Shown here: positions 1-14,860 of the stretch, one piece after another
How the letters are laid out: each line of letters opens with the position of its first letter
How positions within the stretch are numbered: position 1 is the stretch's first letter
Source: Mobula hypostoma
Lineage: Eukaryota
DNA: 64,000 nt
Direction of reading: 5' to 3'
Assembly (NCBI RefSeq): GCF_963921235.1
Contig: NC_086101.1
Span: 9,860,001-9,924,000 of the forward strand
The notes under the pieces: model-generated
Database searches by the model: none
The model's input: only the letters and a program-made list of their open reading frames with translations
Told to the model about the DNA's origin: nothing
Program-made: the position numbers and the translations under genes

Positions 1-2929
1 GCAGGAGGTCAGCAGGCCAGGCAGCATCAATGGGAAAGATTAAACAGTCGACGTTTCGGGCTGAAACCCTTCTTCAGGACTGGGAAAAAAGGATGAGAAG
101 TTAGACAAGAAGGTTGATTATCTGATTCATTATTGGGTGAATATAATTTCAGTACGACATTTACTCAATTCCACTTGCAATAAATGCCCACAGATTCTTA
201 ACCTTCCCAATTGTTACTTTGACTTTAAATTTGAAATCTCGGTCTGAAGGCCAGAATTACATTTATCCCCCAATTGGGGCCATGTTAGGTGTTCCATGTG
301 TGGTCTCATCGGGACTCACATGTTTTTCCTTGGATAAAACATGCCTGTATTAAAGTTATCAGGCTGATAATTGCCTGATTTTTCTTGTCAAATGTCAATC
401 TTCATTGAAATTAGTTCAGTAGGAAAACTCAGACTGTGTACATATATAACACACCACTTCCCCATTATTTATACCAGCTGGTGTTGCAATATTTTAATTT
501 CCATCCCTGGGTCCGGACCGTGCCCTGCACACAGAACACACACCATCACACTTGGGAAACCGTGCTGTCCTCATTGAGGTGACTGATGCCCCAGTTTCCC
601 AAGTGACTGATGGAGAGTGACAGATTGATTCTGTTTGTTTTATGTTTGAGATGTAAAGCATGGAAACAGGCCCTTCGGTCCCACTTCTTCAAACTAACCC
701 AGATGCTGTTCTGGGCGTTGGTCTGTATTTGGCCCCGATCCCTGTAAACCAGGGGTTCCCAGCCCGAGGTCAATGGCATTAAAATGGTTGTGAACCCCTG
801 CTCTAAACCTTTCCTATCATTGTACTGTCAATTTAGCTATTAAATGTTGTCATTGCACCTGTCACTACCTCCTCCTCTGACAGTTCATTCGATTTACACC
901 CACTGCCTTTGTGTGAGAGTGTTGCACTTTAGTTTCCTGTTAAATATTCTCTTGCTCACTGACTAACAATGCCACCTACATTGTCATCCAAATTATTAAT
1001 ATAAATCACAAACAACGATGGACACAGCACTGAACCCACGGCTCAGCACTGGTTACAGGCCTCCCATCAGCAAAACAACCCTTCACTACCACCCTCGGCT
1101 TCCTACCACAAACCAATTTAGTACTGAGTTGGACAGCTCACCTGGGACCCCATCCAGAAAGCCTGTTCCTGTGAATCAGAATCAGAATCTGGTTTAATAT
1201 CACTGGCACATGTTGTGAAATCTGTCATTTTGCAGCAACAGCACCTTGCAATACACAGTAATAAAACATGTAAATTATTGCAAGAAGTAACTATAAAAAA
1301 TAAATTATATTAATTGTGCCAAAAGAGAGGGGGAGAAAGACACTGAGGAAGTATTCATGGGTTCATTGTCCATTCAGAAATCTGATCGCGGAGGGGAAGA
1401 AGCTGTTCCTGAAATTTTGACTGTGTATCTTCAGGCTCCTGTATCTTCTCCTTGATGGTTCCAGAGAGAAGAGGACATGTCCTCGGTGATAGGGGTCCTT
1501 CATGATGGAGGCCACCTTTTTGAGACATCGTGTGTTGAAAGTGTTCCGGATGCTCGGGAGGCTATTGCTCTTGATGGAGCTGGCTGAGTTTACAACTTTC
1601 TGCAGCTTTGTATGCCTTTACCAGTGAACAGTCTCAACCAGCCAACCATTATATGTTCCTGTCTGATACCAACAACATCAGCCTTGCTCCAATTCAGGAC
1701 AAGTCCACAAGTATTTCCATAACTATTTTATATCTGACAGAATGATGATCACTGGTCCCGAGGTGAAGTGTGACCCCTTCTCTAGTTGGGCATCTACACG
1801 TTGCTTATGAAACCATTCCAGACCACACTTCACAAATTCTACCCTGTCAAATCCCTCAGCACTATGTCTGTCCCAGTCAATATTAGGGAAGCTGAAGTCT
1901 CTGACTATCAGAACCCTGATACTCCAACAGTTATCCACATTCTCCCTACACATGGGCTCTTCTGATTCTCACTGACATTTGGGATCCTAAAGTACAATCC
2001 CAAAAGTGATCATCTCCATATTTCTGACTCCTACCAATATACTCTCACTGGCCGTTCCCCACAAGGATCTCTCTAAGTGCTGTGATGATGTTCTCCCTAA
2101 TCAACATCACAACTCTCCCTCCTCTCTGACCTCCACTTCTGTCACGTCCTTTGCATCTGTAGCACAGTGAGGTGGTTTTGATCTTATTCAATGGGACAGC
2201 AGGTGTGAGGGGCCGAACAGCCTCCTCTTGCTGGTTTTTCTGATGTTCAGGGCAGTGAACAGACTGAACTGAGGGAGGATAGAGTCGTGTGTCAGGGGAA
2301 AGCAGCTGGGATCAATCAAATCCCCTGAGCAGTAGAAGCCTTGAATGAGTACCTGAGATGGAAATCAGGAGGGTAGAATGCGGACATGAAATAGTTTGGT
2401 AGGTAACATAACGGAGATTCTACAAAAGATTCTATAAGTCTGTGAAACAAAAGAAAACGAATGTGGGAATATGTCCATTGAAAAATTTGTGTGTGAAGAC
2501 ACAGCAGACGGTGAGGTCTGAAATAAATACTTCTCATCTGTATTTACAGCGGAGAAGGTGATGGAAGCTGGGGAATTCAGGGAGGGGAATAATAATGTCC
2601 TGAAACATGCTGACATTACAAAGGAGGCTGACCAGCTTAAACACTTAAAGCTGAATAAACGTGGGGGGACTTAGTGTTCCGTCTGACATGGTGGGAATAC
2701 AGCGAAGAAATTGCTGTGTTCCGTGCTGTGATATTTCAAACACTGAACAGAGAACAGTTCAGCACAGGAACAGGCCGTTCAGCGGAACATGTACTATTCT
2801 TCTAATTTTGAGTAATTCTCCACAACCCCGGCTGGAAAAGGGGAGCACTGAGTGTGGGCTGGCATACAGTATATCACATTCCGTCCCGACTGGGTGAAAG
2901 CAGAGAGTGAGAGCGAATAACTGGAGCAA

Positions 2930-2948
2930 TTCCGCCACCTGCTGGCCG
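2930..2948 (-). promoter_or_regulatory. CTCF-like motif
   Basis: Reverse complement CGGCCAGCAGGTGGCGGAA matches the CCASYAGRKGGCR core, in apparently non-repeat sequence. Confidence 0.5.
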
Positions 2949-5489
2949 CACAGGGTATAAAAATGATATTTAAGATTCGTTCTGTTGTTTTCTGATTCAG
3001 CTCAGGGTATTCACATATGCATTCACAGATAAAGCTGATGCTGCACACGTATTGAAGGCCACAAGAAAACACGTTGTTAGAACCAGCACAAATGCAGCAC
3101 AGAAAGAAAAACAAAAGTCTGCAGTAATAGTACAGAAATCAAAATAATACTTAGCATTCACTGAGCCTATCTCTGCAATGTCAAAGGGCAGTCACAGATC
3201 CGACAATCTTTCATACAGCTCTCTCTCTCTCTCTCTCTCTCTCCCTCTCTCCCTCTCTCCCCCTCTCCCCCTCCCTCCCCACCCAACTCTTATCACTAAC
3301 ACCAGTGGTGATGTAGCCTCAGACAAAACTCTCCCACTACACAAAGGAAATGCCCCTTTTTATACCATTTAAGATTCCATCAAAGCATAACATAATTAAC
3401 ATCCCTGTATTTTTCCGTAGCTTGGTACCAGCTGCACCCTTTTATCTCTTATGACATTCAGCTCAGACACAGAGTTTCAGAAGAAGGAGACAACCTGTCT
3501 GTAAGGAGGAAAACATTCTTCATCAGTATTTCACCTTCATGATGTGTATTCAAAAGAGACAAGACATTGGTCAATACCAGGGAGAACAGACTATTATCAC
3601 ATCCTAACCTGACACCATTTTGTCTTTGAACCTCCATTTTATTTCGACGTGTACCAAGGAGAAATCACAATTAACTCTTTCCTTGTGCAGGGAAACGCAC
3701 CATCTTCTCCAGCAGTCTCCCAGAACGGAGGTGACTGATGAGGCCAATCTGGGAGCCACACTGTCACGTTAGTGGAAAGTGGGTGTTTAATGGTTGGTGG
3801 GTCTTGCTGGCTGAAGACCTGTATCTGAGCTGCATTTTGTGTATCAAAAGTAAAATTTATTCACAATAAAAGTACATACGAAAGACGAAACAATGCTAAA
3901 AAATTGCATTATTAATGTCACATAGTCAATACATTCAGTCAGGTAAACAATGTTGAACCATTGCCACACATTACACTGTGGGTGATTTATTATTCTAGTG
4001 GTTGAGGGGCTTCCTCACCCAGCTCAACCCCTCCGTGTACAGTAGCAGAAGGGTCTCGACTGTGGTCTGGTCCTAAAGAGCCTTTACATTGGCTGCACTG
4101 AAATTCAGTTCATCTCTCAGCTCATCCTCCTGCAATCCAGACTGTGCCAGTCGGCAGTGTTCCCGTACAGACATCTCGCTGTGCTGGGAGACCCACAGAT
4201 TTCAGGCAAATCCAAAGAGCATCCCTCACTAAGCTGATGATCTCCCGGCAGCAGCTTCCATGCTGAATGACTCAGTGACAGTGAGATCACCAGAAAGAGG
4301 GACATCAGCACTGAGGGAGGCATGTCTGCTGTCCCTGCTTCTAAGAGGGAGTCTGAAGTGTTGTACCCCGCAGCAGTACTGGCCTTACGTTAGTGTCCTG
4401 CTTTCTGCAATATCCCACCTTCGAGGGGAGGGAGTTGGATTTAAGAGTTGTGCAGGGAGAGTGAGGGGTGGAGGGGATCGGAGGGACATACGAAGAAATA
4501 ATCACGTATCTGGGAAGGTGAGATGGTGTTGGAGCAACTGGGGGGGGTGGGTTCAGTGGTTTGTTTAGTGAGGGTCAGGGGAACAAGAAGATCATTCGTG
4601 GAGTGTGAGGAATGCCAGACAGCCGACACATGAGTCTGGAAGATTACCCAACTTTTTCTGATCAGAGACCGGGTAACTGGGGAAGATGCTGGACAAATAA
4701 TTGGAGAGGAGTTTGAGGATATTGGTAGCAAGGAGGATGGGGGCAGTCAGTAAGGTTGGAAGGTGAGATTAGACAACTTCTATCTTTCAGTTAATACCAT
4801 TGTGGTCCTGTATGTGTGATGGAAGTCCAGTCAGGATCAGTCACACAGCTCCTCTGCCATCTGTCTCCCCAGTAAACAAGGGAAACGACCTGGCAGTATT
4901 TTACATTACCAATGTTTAACAGGGCTTTGCAATCATAAGAGAAATGTTCAAGACAATCGCTCAATGTTGGATTGCATGTCACCTTCACACACCGACTCCT
5001 CTGCTTTTCTGTAGCAGACAGTAACACAGTCCGCACCAAGTCCAGCTCGTTCATCAACGAGCAGTTCAGTGACGGGGTAGACCCTGAGCTTGTAGTTTTT
5101 CATGCCCAGTATTGTCTTGTGACCATAAACCAGATGTTTAAAAAAGACTAAAACACCTTTTGTTGTCTCTGGAATGGCTGCTGCATCCACTCTTGGCACC
5201 ATTTTACAGGAGGTCCAGAAGGGGCAGTATTCAGAATAAGGATTGAAGCTGAGCTGCAGCCTGGTCGTACATGCTTTCAGGCTTTGATATCTTCTACCTG
5301 AGGGGAATCGGGTGAAGAGAGAATGTCCAGTGTGTGCTGGGTCATTGATTATGTTGGATGCTTTACTGAGGCAGTGAGAAGTGTAGACAGAGTCCATGGA
5401 GGAAAGAATGCTTTCTGTGATGTGTTGAGCTGTGTCCACAACTCTTTGCAGTTTATACAAGAGAGTGAGGAGATAGTCAATCTCCTCAT

Positions 5490-8400
5490 TATGGGGAAGT
5501 AGTCTCACCCGAAGCTGCAGGAGGTGAGCAGCTGGGCGACTCTCAGGAGAAATGGGAATGTGAATAGGCAATTGGTGCAGAGCTCCCTTGTGGCCATTCC
5601 CCTCAAAAATAAGTATACCACTTTGTGGATTCCTTTGTAGGAGATGAGCTGCCAGGGGGATGCCACAGAGACCAGGTTACAGGCACTGAACAGTGTTCTG
5701 TGGTCCAGAAAATAAAGGGGAGAGCAGGAGAGCGGTAGTGATGGGGGACTCAGAAGTCAGAGGAACAAACAGGAGATTCTGTGGATGTGAATGGGGCACT
5801 CAGATGGTATAGAACATAGAATAGTACAGCACAGTACAGGCCCTTCGGCCCACATTCTTGTGCCGACCCTCAAACCCTGCCTCCTTAAATTCCTCCGTAT
5901 ACCTGTCTATTATGTTGTCTCACAGGTGCTAGGGTCAAGGATATCTCAGATCGTGTCCACAGCGTTTTGGAGTGGAAGGGAGAACAGCCAGCTGTCTTGA
6001 TACATATTGGTACCAATGATGTAGGAAGGAAAAACAATGAGGTCCTGAAGAAAGAGAGCTGGGCAGAAAGCTGAGTAACAGGACTTCCAAGGTAGTTTCT
6101 GGATTGCTACCTGCGCCACGTGTCACTGAGGGTAGAAACAGGATGATTTGGGAGATAAATGTGTGGCTGAGAAGCTGGTGCAGGGGGAAAGGCTTCCGGG
6201 TCTTGGATCATAGGGATCTCTTGTGGGGGAGGTACGACCTGTACAAAAGTGATGGATTGCACCTGAACCCGAGGGAGACCAATATTCTTCTGGGCAGGTT
6301 TGTGTTTGTTAGAGCTGTTGGGGAGGGTTTCAAACTAATTTGGTGGGGGAGTGGAACCAGAAAGAGGGGACTCAGGACAGGATGGATGGTAAAAGCAAGC
6401 AAAGATAGTGTGCAGTCAGACTGTCAGGAAGGGCAGCCATTTGATAGGACAAGATTGCAGCCACCAGTGTAAAATCAAAAAGGGTAGCAGATACAGCACT
6501 TGAAGTGTTATATCTCAATGCATGGAGTATAAGAAGTAATCTGGATGATCTTGTTGCACTATTACAGATTGTCAGGTATGGTGTTGTGGCCATCACTGTA
6601 TTCTGGCTGAAGAACGGTTGTAATTAGGAGCTGAATGTTCAAGGTTATACATTGTATCAGAGGGATAGGAAGGTAGGCTGAGCGGGTGGAAAGACACACA
6701 GGGCAAGATAGCATGAAAGGGAAAATCCTGCCTGACAAACCTGTTGGAATTCTTTGAGGAGATTACAAGTAGGATGGATAAAGAGGATGCAGTGGATGTT
6801 GTATGTTTAGACTTTCAGAAGGCCTTTGACAAGGTGCCACACGTGACGCTGCTGACCAACTAAGAGCCCAGAGTATTACAGGAGAGTTACTATCGTGGTT
6901 AGAGCATTGGCTGATTGGGAGGAGTTAGCGAGTGGGAATATAATGATCCTTTCTGGTAGGCTGCAAGTGACTAGTGGTGTTCCACAGGAGTCAGTGCTGG
7001 GACCACTTCTTTTTATGCTGTGTAGCAATGATTTAGATGATGGAATAAATGGCTTTGTTGCCAAGTCTGCAGATGATACAATGATCGATAGAGAGGCAAG
7101 TAGTGTTGAGGGAACAGGTAGGACGCAGAAGGACTTCGGCAGATTAGGAGTATGGGCAAGAAAGTGGCAAATGAAATACAATGTTGGAAAAATGCATGGT
7201 CATGCACCTTGGTAGTAGAAATAAATGTGCAGACTATTTTCTAAATGGAGAGAAAATCCAAAAATGTGAGATACAAAGGGACTTGGGAGTCCTTGTGCAG
7301 AACACCCTAAAGGTTAACTTGCAAGTTGAATCAGTTGTGAGGAAAGCACTATAGATTCAGGATCAGGTCCTGTGGATTGGAGGGTGGATAATGTTGTCCC
7401 TCTCTTCAAGAAGAGAGGAAGAGAGAAAACGGGGAATTATAGACCCGTTAGCCTGACGTCGGTGGTGGGAAAGATGCTGGAGTCAACTATAAAGGGTGAA
7501 ATTACGACACATCTGGATAGCAGTAACAGGATCGGTCCGAGTCAGCATGGATTTACAAAGGCGAAATCGTGCTTGACTAACCTGGAATTTTTTGAGGATG
7601 TAACTATGAAGATGGACAAGGGAGAGCCAGTGGATGTAGTGTACCTGGACTTTCAGAAAGCCTTTGATAAAGTCCCACATAGGAGATTAGTGGGCAAAAT
7701 TAGGGCGCATGGTATTGGGGGCAGAGTACTGACATGGATTGAAAATTGGCTGGCTGACAGAAAACAAAGAGCAGCGATTAACGCGTCCCTTTCGGAATGG
7801 CAGGTAGTGACCAGTGGGGTACCACAGGGTTCAATGCTGGGACCGCAGCTGTTTACAATATATTAATGATTTAGATGAGGGAATTAAAAGTAACATTAGC
7901 AAATTTGCCGATGACACAAAGCTCGGAGGCAGTGTGAAATGTGAGGAGGATGTTATGAGAATGCAGAGTGACTTGGACAGGCTGGGTGAGTGGGCAGATG
8001 CATGGGAGATGCAGTTTAATGTGCATAAATGTGAGGTTATCCACTTTGGTGGTAAGAATGGGAAGGCAGATTATTATCTAAATGGTGTCAAGTTAGGAAA
8101 AGGGGAAGCACAACGAGATCGAGGTGTTCTTGTACCTCAGTCACTGAAAGCAAGCATGCAAGTACAGCAGGCAGTGAAGAAAGCTACTGACATGCTGGCC
8201 TTCATAACAAAGGGAATTCAGTATAAGAGCAAAGAGGTCCTTCTGCAGCTGTACAGGGCCCTAGTGAGACCACACCTGGAGTACTGTGTGCAGTTTTGGT
8301 CTCCAAATTTGAGGAAGGACATTCTTGCTATTGAGGGAGTGCAGCATAGGTTCACAAGGTTAATTCCCGGGATGGTGGGACTGTCATATGTCGAAAGATT

Positions 8401-9475
8401 GGAGCGACTGGGCTTGTATACTCTGAAACTTAGAAGGCTGAGAGGGGATCTTATTGAAATATGTAAGATTATTAAAGGATTGAACACGCTGCAGGCAGGA
8501 TGCATGTTCCCACTGATGGGTGATCCAGAACTAGAGGCCACAGTTTCAGAATAAGGGGTAGGCGATTTAGAACCGAGTTGAGGAAAAACTTTTTCACCCA
8601 GAGAGTGGTGGATATGTGGAATGCTCTGCCCCAGAAGGCTGTGGAGGCCAGGTCTCTGGATGCTTTCAAGAAAGAGATGGATAGAGCTCTTAAAGATAGT
8701 GGAATCAAAGGTTATGGGGATAAGGCAGGAACTGGATACTGATAGTGGATGATCAGCCATGATCACAGTGAATGGTGGTGCTGGCTTGAAGGGCCGAATG
8801 GCTTACTCCTGCACCTATTGTCTATTGTCTATTTCAAGAGGTCTTGAACACAGGAGAAGGGATGTGATGCTGAGGCTTTATAAGGCACTGGTGAGGCCTC
8901 ACCTTGAGTATTGCATACAATTTTGTGCTCCCCATCTTAGAAAAAATGTGCTGGCTTTGGAGAGAGACCAGAGGCAGTTCACAAGGATGATTCCGGGAAT
9001 GAAAGGGTCGACATACGATGGACGTTTGATGGCTCTGCATCTGTACTCGCTGGAATTTAAGACAATGAAGTGGGATCTCATTGAAACCTTTCGAATGTTG
9101 AAAGGCCTAGACAAAGTAGATATGGAAAGAATGTTTCCCATGGTTGGGGAGTCTAGGACAAGAGGGCACAGCCTCAGGATAGAGGGGCGCCCTTATAAAA
9201 CAGAGATGCGGAGGATTTTCTTTAGCCAGCGGGTGTTGAACTTGTGGAATTTGTTGCCACAGGCAGCTGTGGAGGCCAGGTCATTGGGTGTATTTAAGGC
9301 AGAGATTGGTAAGTTCTTGAATGGACACAGCATCAAAAGTTACGGGGCGGAGGCCAGGGAATGGGGTTGATGAAGGGGGAAAAGGATCAGCCATAATTGA
9401 ATGGTGGAGCAGACTTGATTGGCCAAATGTCCTAATTCTGCTCCTATGTCTTATAGTCATTTGGACTTATGGTTT
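5490..9475 (+). mobile_element. Decayed CR1 LINE (ORF1 esterase, EN and RT remnants) with a younger CR1 nested at about 7349-8830
   Basis: ORF1 DGLHLNP motif; RT motifs [49 protein letters not shown]; (ctattgt)n tail near 8815-8830. Confidence 0.9.
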
Positions 9476-10329
9476 TCTGTGGTCTTGGGCAGAGCAATTC
9501 ACCAATCAAGCTATGCATCTGGGTAGGCCCCGATCTGATAAACAGGCGGGGAGATCCTGAAGGGCTGAATAGCTTCCTCAAAGTACTCTTATTGTATTTC
9601 TTGGGTTGTGTAGAACATAAGAACATAAGAAATAGGAGCAGGAGTAGGCCATCTGACCCATCGAGCCTGCCCTGCCATTCAATAAGATCATGGCTGATCT
9701 GTCCGTAAACTCAGCTCCATCTACCTGCCTTTTCCCCATAACCCTTAATTCCCTTACTATGTAGTTTAATATTTGTCATTCTACGCCATGTGAAAAATAA
9801 ATTGAATTTTTGCTGGTCATCCTTCAATGAAAGAGATTTGATCTCACTTGAACTTTCACTTTCTGGGATCAACTGGGAGTGGGATTTCCACATTGTGGTC
9901 TTCTGGGCCTTGCTTAGTTTGGCTGACACATAAAGTCAGCGAAACTTCTGTCTTTTCTCCTGTCAGTTCTGCAGTTGAACCAAGAAACAGCATAAAATTG
10001 GGAGGTTTGGTCGGAGGGTATCTCCGAGACGGATTGTGGGTTCATTTCGGACATTTACACACTTCATTGCCTTGCTGGGCTGGGGTATATGTCTCAAATC
10101 CTAGCAGGAATTCCCTCTAAACAGCACTTCCTCACACACTCCCCCCACACCCATGCAGGTGCACGTCAACTTTCTGATTTTCGAACAGCTCTTTCCAAAG
10201 GCTGGTTTTACTTTGGTGCCAGGTTCACCCACGCTTACCTGACCTTGTCCTTCTGCAGAACCAACTCCTGAAGCTGTGGATGACCTTCTGGTGAAGGTGA
10301 GCACCAGAGACCAGAAACACAGCTCACAA

Positions 10330-10660
10330 ACCTGAGGTGGTGAGGGTGACACAGTCACGTAACAGCTAGCGTAATGCTCCAATCCGCCAGCAGTCAGTGT
10401 GTTAATCCCACCACTGTCTGTGAGGAGTTTGTACGCTCATGTGTGACCGCGGGCTTCCTTCGGGTGCTCCGGTTTCCTCCCACAGTCCGCAGATGGGCGG
10501 GAGAGGGTGAGTAAGTTGTGGCCATGCTACGTGAGTTCCAGAAGCATGGTGACACTTCTGGGCTGCCCCTAGCATTCTCGAACTGTGTCGGTCATTGACG
10601 CAAACGAACCATTTCAAAGTTTTTTTCAATGTGACAAATAAAGCTGTTCTTACCTTCACT
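10330..10660 (+). mobile_element. V-SINE (HE1-like)
   Basis: V-domain-like core cgggtgctccggtttcctcccacagtcc; related copies near 62075-62280 (+) and 38150-38300 (-). Confidence 0.65.
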
Positions 10661-12274
10661 TGGAATAAGGCCATGGACTATTTTCTAAAGAAAGAGGGAA
10701 ATAGGAAACCAGAGATGCAAATAGACTTGAGAGACAAATAAGTTAATAGGCTGTAATTCAAAATGCATGTGAAGTGTACTGAACAGGTAAACAGTGGATG
10801 GCTTTCCATCCTAGTGACAAGACCTTACTGGAGGCAGGGTATTCATTAATCTCACAGCCTGAGGGTAGAGATTGTTACCTAGTCTGGCAGTCCTAGTCCT
10901 CATGGTCCTGTACGTCCCTCCTGGTGGCAGTGAGTCAAACAGATTGTGGGATGGGTGGTAGGGATTCTCAACAATGCTTTGAGCCCACCATGAACAACCC
11001 TCTCAGTAAACGTCACAAATAGGGGACTGGGGTAGTGGAGACCACAGTGATCCTCTCGGCAGTTTTTACTATCCTCGGTTGGGTCTTGTGATCTGATGCC
11101 TTGCAGCTTCCATCTTCCAGATTCCACATCGAATGACAGAGCAGACTTGATGGGCTGAATGGCCTAAATCTGTAGATGGTGGAAATCGTGAGCAACACAC
11201 ACACACACACACACACAATACTGGAGGAACTCAAACTTCAAAGCAACATTATTAGCAAGATAAATTTCCGTTCACTATATACTACCCTGACATTCATTTT
11301 CCTGGAGACATTCATGGTAGATACAAAGAAGCGCAATAGAACAAATGGTAAACTGCACAGAAACAAACAACATACAGACAAATAATCAAAAATAACAAGC
11401 CTGACTGTGATTACAAGAAAAAAATTAATAATAATAAAGTAATGTGTTCATAAATGATACTGAGAACATGAGTTGCAGAATCCTGGAAAGTGATTGTGGA
11501 GTCAATTTAATTGTTGAGAGACATGAACTTATCCACACTGATTCAGGAGCCTGATGTTTGAAGGTTAATAAATACTCCAGAAACTGTTGGCATGGTACTT
11601 TAAGCTCCTGTGCCTCCTTCCCAATGGCCTGGATTGTGGGGTTCCTTGATGATGGATGCAGTTTTCTTGTGACAGCGATCGTTGTAAGATGTGCTCAAAG
11701 GTGGGAAAAGTTTTTCCTTCGATGCTCTGAGCTGTATTCACCATGGGCATTAGTGGTTCTATACCAGGTTGTGATGCAGGCAGTCAGGATACTCCCCACT
11801 GTGCATCTATAGAAGTTCGCCCAAGTTTTAGATGACAGGCCGAACTTGCTCAAATTTTGAAGAAAGTGGAGGCACAGCTGTGTCTTCCTTGTAATGCCAC
11901 TTATGTGCTGGTCCTGAGATAGATTATTTGAAATGATAACACCAAGGAATTTAAAGTTACTACTCTCTCCACCTCTGATGAGGACCGGCTCATGGACCTT
12001 CTGTTTCTTCCTCCTTTAGTCGATAATCAGACTTTGCTTTTGCTGACATTGAGTGAGACGTTTTTTGGTGGCACAATTCGGCCAGATTTTCAGTCTCCCT
12101 CCTATATGCCAATTTGTCAATACCTTTGATTCAGCCAACAATAGTGGTGCTGTCAGCAAACTTACTATGTCATTGGAGCTGTGCTGAGCCTCAGGGTCAT
12201 CAGTATAAAGTGAGCAGAGTGCTAAGCACAAAGCCTTGTTGTGCAAACGTGCTAATGGTGATTGTGGAGGAGAT

Positions 12275-13775
12275 AGAAACATAGAAAACCTCCAGCACAA
12301 TACAGGCCCTTCATCCCACAAAGCTATGCCAAACATGTCCTTACCTTAGAAATTACCTAGGGTTACCCACAGCCCTCTATTTTTCTAAGCTCCATGTATA
12401 TATCCAGGAGTCTCTTAAAAGACCCTGTCATATCCGCATCCACCATTCCATTCCATGAACTCACTCACCACTCTCTGCGTAAAAAATCTTACCCCAGCCA
12501 TCTCCTATGTACCTACTTCCAAGCACCTTAAAACTGTGTGCTCTCGCGCTAGCTATTTCAGCCCTGGGGAAAAGCCTCTGACTATCCGCATGATCAATGC
12601 CTCTCATTATCTTGTAGGGACATCGCTCATCCTCTGTCGCTCCAAGGAGATAAGGCCAAGTTCACTCAACCTGTTTTCATAAGACATGATCCCCAATCCC
12701 GGCAACATCCTTGTAAATCTCTACACCCTTTCTATGGTTTCCACATCCTTCCTGTAGTGAGGCGACCCGAATTGAGCACAGTACTCCAAGTGGGGTCTGA
12801 TCAGGGTCTTATATTGCTGTAGCATTACCTCTCGGCTCTTAAACTCAATCCCGCGATAGAGGAATGCCTTCTTAATGACAGTCAATTGCTGGATTCCAAC
12901 ATCTGAAAAATGCTCCGGCTGATGGTTTGAGATGTGTCTATTTTAATGCAAGGAGTATCATGAACAAAGCGGATGAGCTTAGAGCCTGTTTCAATACTTG
13001 GAGCTATGATGTTGTGGCCATTGCAGAGACTTGGATGGCTCAGGGGCGGGAATGACTACCTAGAGTGCTAGGTTTTAGATGCTTCAGAAAGGACAGGGTG
13101 GGAGGCAAAAGAGGTGGGGGCGTGGCACTGTTGATCAGGGATAGTGTCACGGCTGCAGAAAATGAGGAGGTCATGGTGGGATTGTCTACTGAGTTTCTGT
13201 GGCTGGAAGTTAGCAACAGGAAGGGGTCAATAACTCTACTATGTTTTTATAGACCACCCAATAGTAACAGAGACGTCAAGAAGCAGATAGGGAGATAGAT
13301 TCTGGACAGATGCAATAATAATAAGGTTGTCGCATTGGGAGATTTTAATTTCCCTTATATTGACTGGCATCTCCCTAGAGTGAGGGGTTTAGCTGGGGTA
13401 AGAGTTTGTGAGGTGTGTTCAGGAAGGTTTCCTGATACAATATGCAGATAAGCATACAAGAGGAGAGGCTGCACTTGATCTGGTATTGGGAAATGAACAT
13501 GGTCAGGTGTCAGATCTCTCAGTGGGAGAGCATTTTGGAGATAGTGATCACAATTCTATCTCATTTGCTGTAGCACTGGAGAAGGATAGGAACAGACAAG
13601 TTAGGAAAGCGTTTAATTGGAGTAAGGGGAAATATGAAGCTATCAGGCAGGAAGTTGGAAACAGATGTTGTCAAAGAATTGTGATGCATAAATGTGCCAA
13701 ATGTTCAGGGGATATTTGCGTGATGTTCTCCATAGGTAAGCTCCAATGATTCAGGGAATGGATGGTAGGGTACAG
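12275..13775. mobile_element. CR1 fragments: 3' end (minus, about 12275-12860) and EN region (plus, about 12915-13775)
   Basis: RKDR..KRGGGVALLI, YRPPNS, LDLVLGN and GDSDHNSI endonuclease motifs. Confidence 0.85.
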
Positions 13776-14143
13776 CAGGGGTCCCCAACCTTTTTTGTAC
13801 TGCGGACCGGTTTATTATTGACAATATTCTTGTGGACCAGCCAACCGGTGGGGGGGGGGGGGCGCAGGGGTAGGGTTGCCAACATATAAGAGTAGCATCA
13901 AATACATTGTTTACCATGACCATGAAGCCTTGCGCGGGCACCTGTGTGCGTATGCATGACATCCGCATGCATATACGTGCTGATTTTTTTCTACAAATCG
14001 TTTTTGGCCATTCTGTATCAGGGCTGGGGGGGGGGGAGTGTAAATCACAACTGGAATATAGTGGCTAACACACTCAATTTCATTTCTAAAAGGGTTTATC
14101 GAACGAATTTAATATTAAACACAGCGCATATTTTCCTCGCATG
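13776..14143 (+). mobile_element. Truncated hAT (Charlie-like) non-autonomous element
   Basis: Terminus caggggtccccaacc shared with the elements at 19800 and 49457. Confidence 0.75.
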
Positions 14144-14144
14144 A

Positions 14145-14860
14145 ACACAAAATAATCTGCAGATGCTGTAATAGATCAAAGCAACACTTTCAGTAAGCTG
14201 GATGAACTCAGCAGGTCGGGCAGCATCAGTCAGAAACGATGAGTCAACGTTTCGGGCCAGAACTCTTCGTCAGGACTGAAGAATGAAAGATGGGGAAGGA
14301 TTTGAAGAATGCTCGTAGCGTCAGTTGAAAGACCAGTAATTTGAAAGACAAAGGGGTGGGGGAGGGGAAGCATTGACGTCATAGCCCTGAAAACAATGGG
14401 TGGTAGAAGAAGGAGGCGGAACCATGAGGGAGCTGGGGGAGGGGGTAGAGTGAAATAGGGATAGAGGAAGGGAGGTGGAGGGAATTACCGGAAGTATGTT
14501 CATACCAAGGGGCTGGAGACTACCTAGACGGTATATGAGGTGTTGCTCCTCCAGCCTGAGTTTAGCCTCATCATGGCAGTAGGGGAGGCCATGTATGGAC
14601 ATATCCAAATGGGAATAGGAAGCAGAGTTGAAGTGGGTGGAGACTGGCAGGCGACAGTTCACCTGCAAGTCTGTCAGGGTCAGCTAGTGTACCTGATGCT
14701 TCCCGTGCAAACCCTCCCTCTACATCGGTGAGATCCAGCATAGATTGTGGGTGAAGCTTCTTCAAGCACCTTCACTTTGTCCAACACGAAAGCCAGGATT
14801 TCCCTGTGGTTACCACTTCAAAATTGGAATCCAATTCTCAATCCCATTCCTACAAACATA
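14145..14860. mobile_element. Penelope-like (GIY-YIG) fragments
   Basis: HFNS..HS, RLEEQHLIYRLGSLQP.GMN C-terminal motif on the minus strand; hammerhead-like motif at about 14242-14277. Confidence 0.8.

Noticed and set aside
3865..3870. AATAAA as the poly(A) signal for the candidate plus-strand exons
   Set aside because: Lies in the AT-rich reverse tail of a Tx1-like fragment (similar to 28770-28800), so it is not independent evidence
7372..8554. Active reverse transcriptase gene
   Set aside because: 5'-truncated CR1 with a frameshift near 7863 and a premature end; the other RT ORFs in the window are also broken
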